A DNA stretch of 64,000 bases from Marsupella aquatica. Its lineage: Eukaryota; Plantae; Marchantiophyta. The notes below the pieces were generated by a model that made no database searches, was not told the origin of the DNA, and saw nothing but the letters and a program-made list of their open reading frames with translations. The position numbers and the translations under genes were made by a program. Positions 61,691 through 64,000 of this stretch are shown here, piece by piece (the stretch's first letter is position 1; the number at the start of each line of letters is the position of its first letter). Location: contig OZ316893.1 in NCBI GenBank assembly GCA_973895155.1, positions 20,752,855 to 20,816,854 of the forward strand. The letters are read 5' to 3'.

Positions 61691-63539
61691 AGATGACGAT
61701 GACGACTCACAAAGAAAACACTACACAGATCCCGCTACCGCAACAGCAGCACGACGTCCGATCCAATTCAAAGCAAATCAAATGCAGAACCAATTCCACA
61801 ACCAGCAATGCCCAACGAACGATCTACGCGTCCAGAGATGTCAACAACACAGCACCGCCACACTGCTGCTGTGCGCAGAGCCGACGCGAGATGGATCGCC
61901 GGAGAGAGAGAGAGAGTGGGAGGGAGAGGGAGAGGGAAATCGCAAGCGGCGAGTAGCAAGCAGCGAGGGAGGATCGAAGTCGCACCCAGTGAGTGGCGCA
62001 ATGGTGGTAAAATAGCTTAAAAAGCAGCAGATCCTGAAACGAAGAAGAAGCTGGACAACAGAAAAGATCACGAGAGGAGGGACGAACGGGGCTGAGGAGC
62101 AGGAGAACTCGGGCTCCGGAGCCGAAGGACAAAGAGTATGATTACCAAAAGCAGGGACTCTGCTTTTAGTGTGATACCCGCATGATCCCTTTCCCGGGCC
62201 CGCTATCCCCACTCAGAACCCAAACAGGACACCGAACCATAAACGGCGACCAAGGGGCGCTCAGTGGGGCCCGCCTTCATCGAATGATTGCATTCCGCTG
62301 CGTCGCGGGAGAGAGAGGGGGCGAGAGAGGGGGCGAATGCGAGTGTGCGATAAGGGTCGGTCTCTCGCCTCTCACCTCTAGGTTCCCCCCACGGACCGCG
62401 AGACCGAGACTAGACGGGACGACTCGGCCATCGAACTTTTCCTGTCCCCACAGGCTCCGGCTCCGGCCCTGGCCCCATCGCCTGCGCTGCAGCCTGCAGG
62501 TAGTGTAGTGCTACCAACCGTGCGGTCCGTTCTCTCGTGCCAAACTGCCAACCATTCCTTTGTGGTGGTGGCGAGAGGGCTGGCTGTCGTTTAATATCAG
62601 CAAGCGTAAGCGTTCCATGTAAGAGGGTTCACACAACCTGGCAGATCAATAAAGGCTGTAAATGGTGATGCTGGCTGTAAATTGAGGAAAAGCAGGAACG
62701 TGTCTATTAGCACACCATATGAAGCAACTCATCATTTACGTCGTCAACAACTGAGGAAGGAGTTTCACAGTCCTTCCCACTGGGAGAAATTGCTGTCCTC
62801 TGATCACCAGTGTCACTTACTGTAATAGATGTAAAATTGTTTATTGGGTTTATACACACGACCCTGCCTTTTCCTCCTGCGATCCAGACTCCCTGTTTCC
62901 CTTTATATTGTTTGGCAGTGTGATATGATAGGAGATTGATATCTGATATAATTTTACACGGGAAAAAAAACAATACACGGGAGGGTGGCGAGGTGGGTGG
63001 GTTGAGGTTGGTGCAAAAGTCTCTGTGCACAAAGTAGAACTAGTGCAGTCGTAGTGTAACTTGTAGATTACTCTTACATGTAAGATAAATTTCATAGAGT
63101 GGCAGCATCACGCGTAAACTAGGGTGAGATGATTCTGCCGTCGAGAGGTTTGTCCCGGTATATGGGCCACGTCGGCGGGGTTCCCAAATTAGGGCTGCTT
63201 ACGTCATCCACCCCTTTGACGCCTTCTACGCTGACTTGTTACTTGTTACTTGCTAGATCCCGTTAGTCCCGGTCCGCAGTCCCGCGGCAGTTAGTGAGAC
63301 TGTCATGTCCTGACCGGTTCACCAGGTCGCATATGGGACTGTAACCGGGCCCCGGTCTCTGAGGGCTCCGGTCAGGTCAGACCTCTGGTCAGGTGTGATT
63401 TTTGACCGGGCTACGGATGCCCTGTACCCTTCATGAGTTCATGTTACCGTGTTGGTCACCGCACATACTAACGGGCCACCAAAACCATTCGTGAAGTCCA
63501 CCGTATCTTGTATCTGTCAATTATATGCAGCCGATAGAT

Positions 63540-63900
63540 TCTTTAAAATTATTTGATTCCCGACTTGGTTTTTCAATGAAATAATGTGGGATAAAAATAG
63601 GAATATCACAACTATTCATTGAACTAAGTGGCGGAAATTAAGGTTAGTATTTTATGGCAGAGTAACCAAATGCTCATACATTGCACAATATTGTCAATAG
63701 TAAATTATGTTGAGCAGAAATGTTGATGAGCACGAGTGATATTACCAAGCAAGCAGAGACTCTTGAGGAGTAGGCAAGTAGGCCTGGCAACTGAGTTTCA
63801 GCCCATCTTATGGCTAATAAACAATGTCACCATAATCCAACAGTTGGGGACGATTCAGGTCAAAATGGCATTTAGTAAACTAACTATGAGAAGGAGAGAA
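63540..63900 (-). mobile_element. Second decayed pogo/DDE_1-like fragment
   Basis: TGTTGAGCAGAA.TGTTG...GCAC.AGTGA and CCATCTTATGG.TA...AATGTCA are shared with 55348-55590. The translation ISLVLINISAQH matches the first copy. Confidence 0.35.
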
Positions 63901-64000
63901 AGGGGATTGCAGAGTTGGTAAACGAGAAAAAGCTAACACTGTCAGCATTCCAAATTTCATCCGCCAGGCTTAATGAGATATTCTGTTTCTCATAATTGAG

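Overview
This is eukaryotic land-plant nuclear DNA. The gene style, GT-AG introns and protein sequences suggest a bryophyte, probably a liverwort (inference). Five conserved genes are well supported: an intronless family-1 UDP-glycosyltransferase (-), an intronless FG nucleoporin Nup62 (-), an 8-exon peroxisomal uricase (+), a 13-exon AP-4 adaptor mu subunit (-) and a 5-exon plastid class-II DAHP synthase (-). Between uricase and AP4M (about 23-47 kb) lies the most unusual region, a cluster of genes and relics that resemble different parts of the gamete-surface protein GEX2. It holds a short intact filamin-repeat membrane/GPI protein and two convergent genes in which a Pro/Ala-rich AGP/extensin domain is fused to GEX2-like segments; one of these two has a damaged exon and the other a frameshifted tail. 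A possible fourth relic lies further on. The GEX2 assignment rests on my recollection of Arabidopsis GEX2 motifs and needs a homology search. Intergenic DNA holds a decayed Ty1/copia element, two related solo LTRs, long-TIR MITEs, pogo-like and LINE relics, and several tandem arrays.
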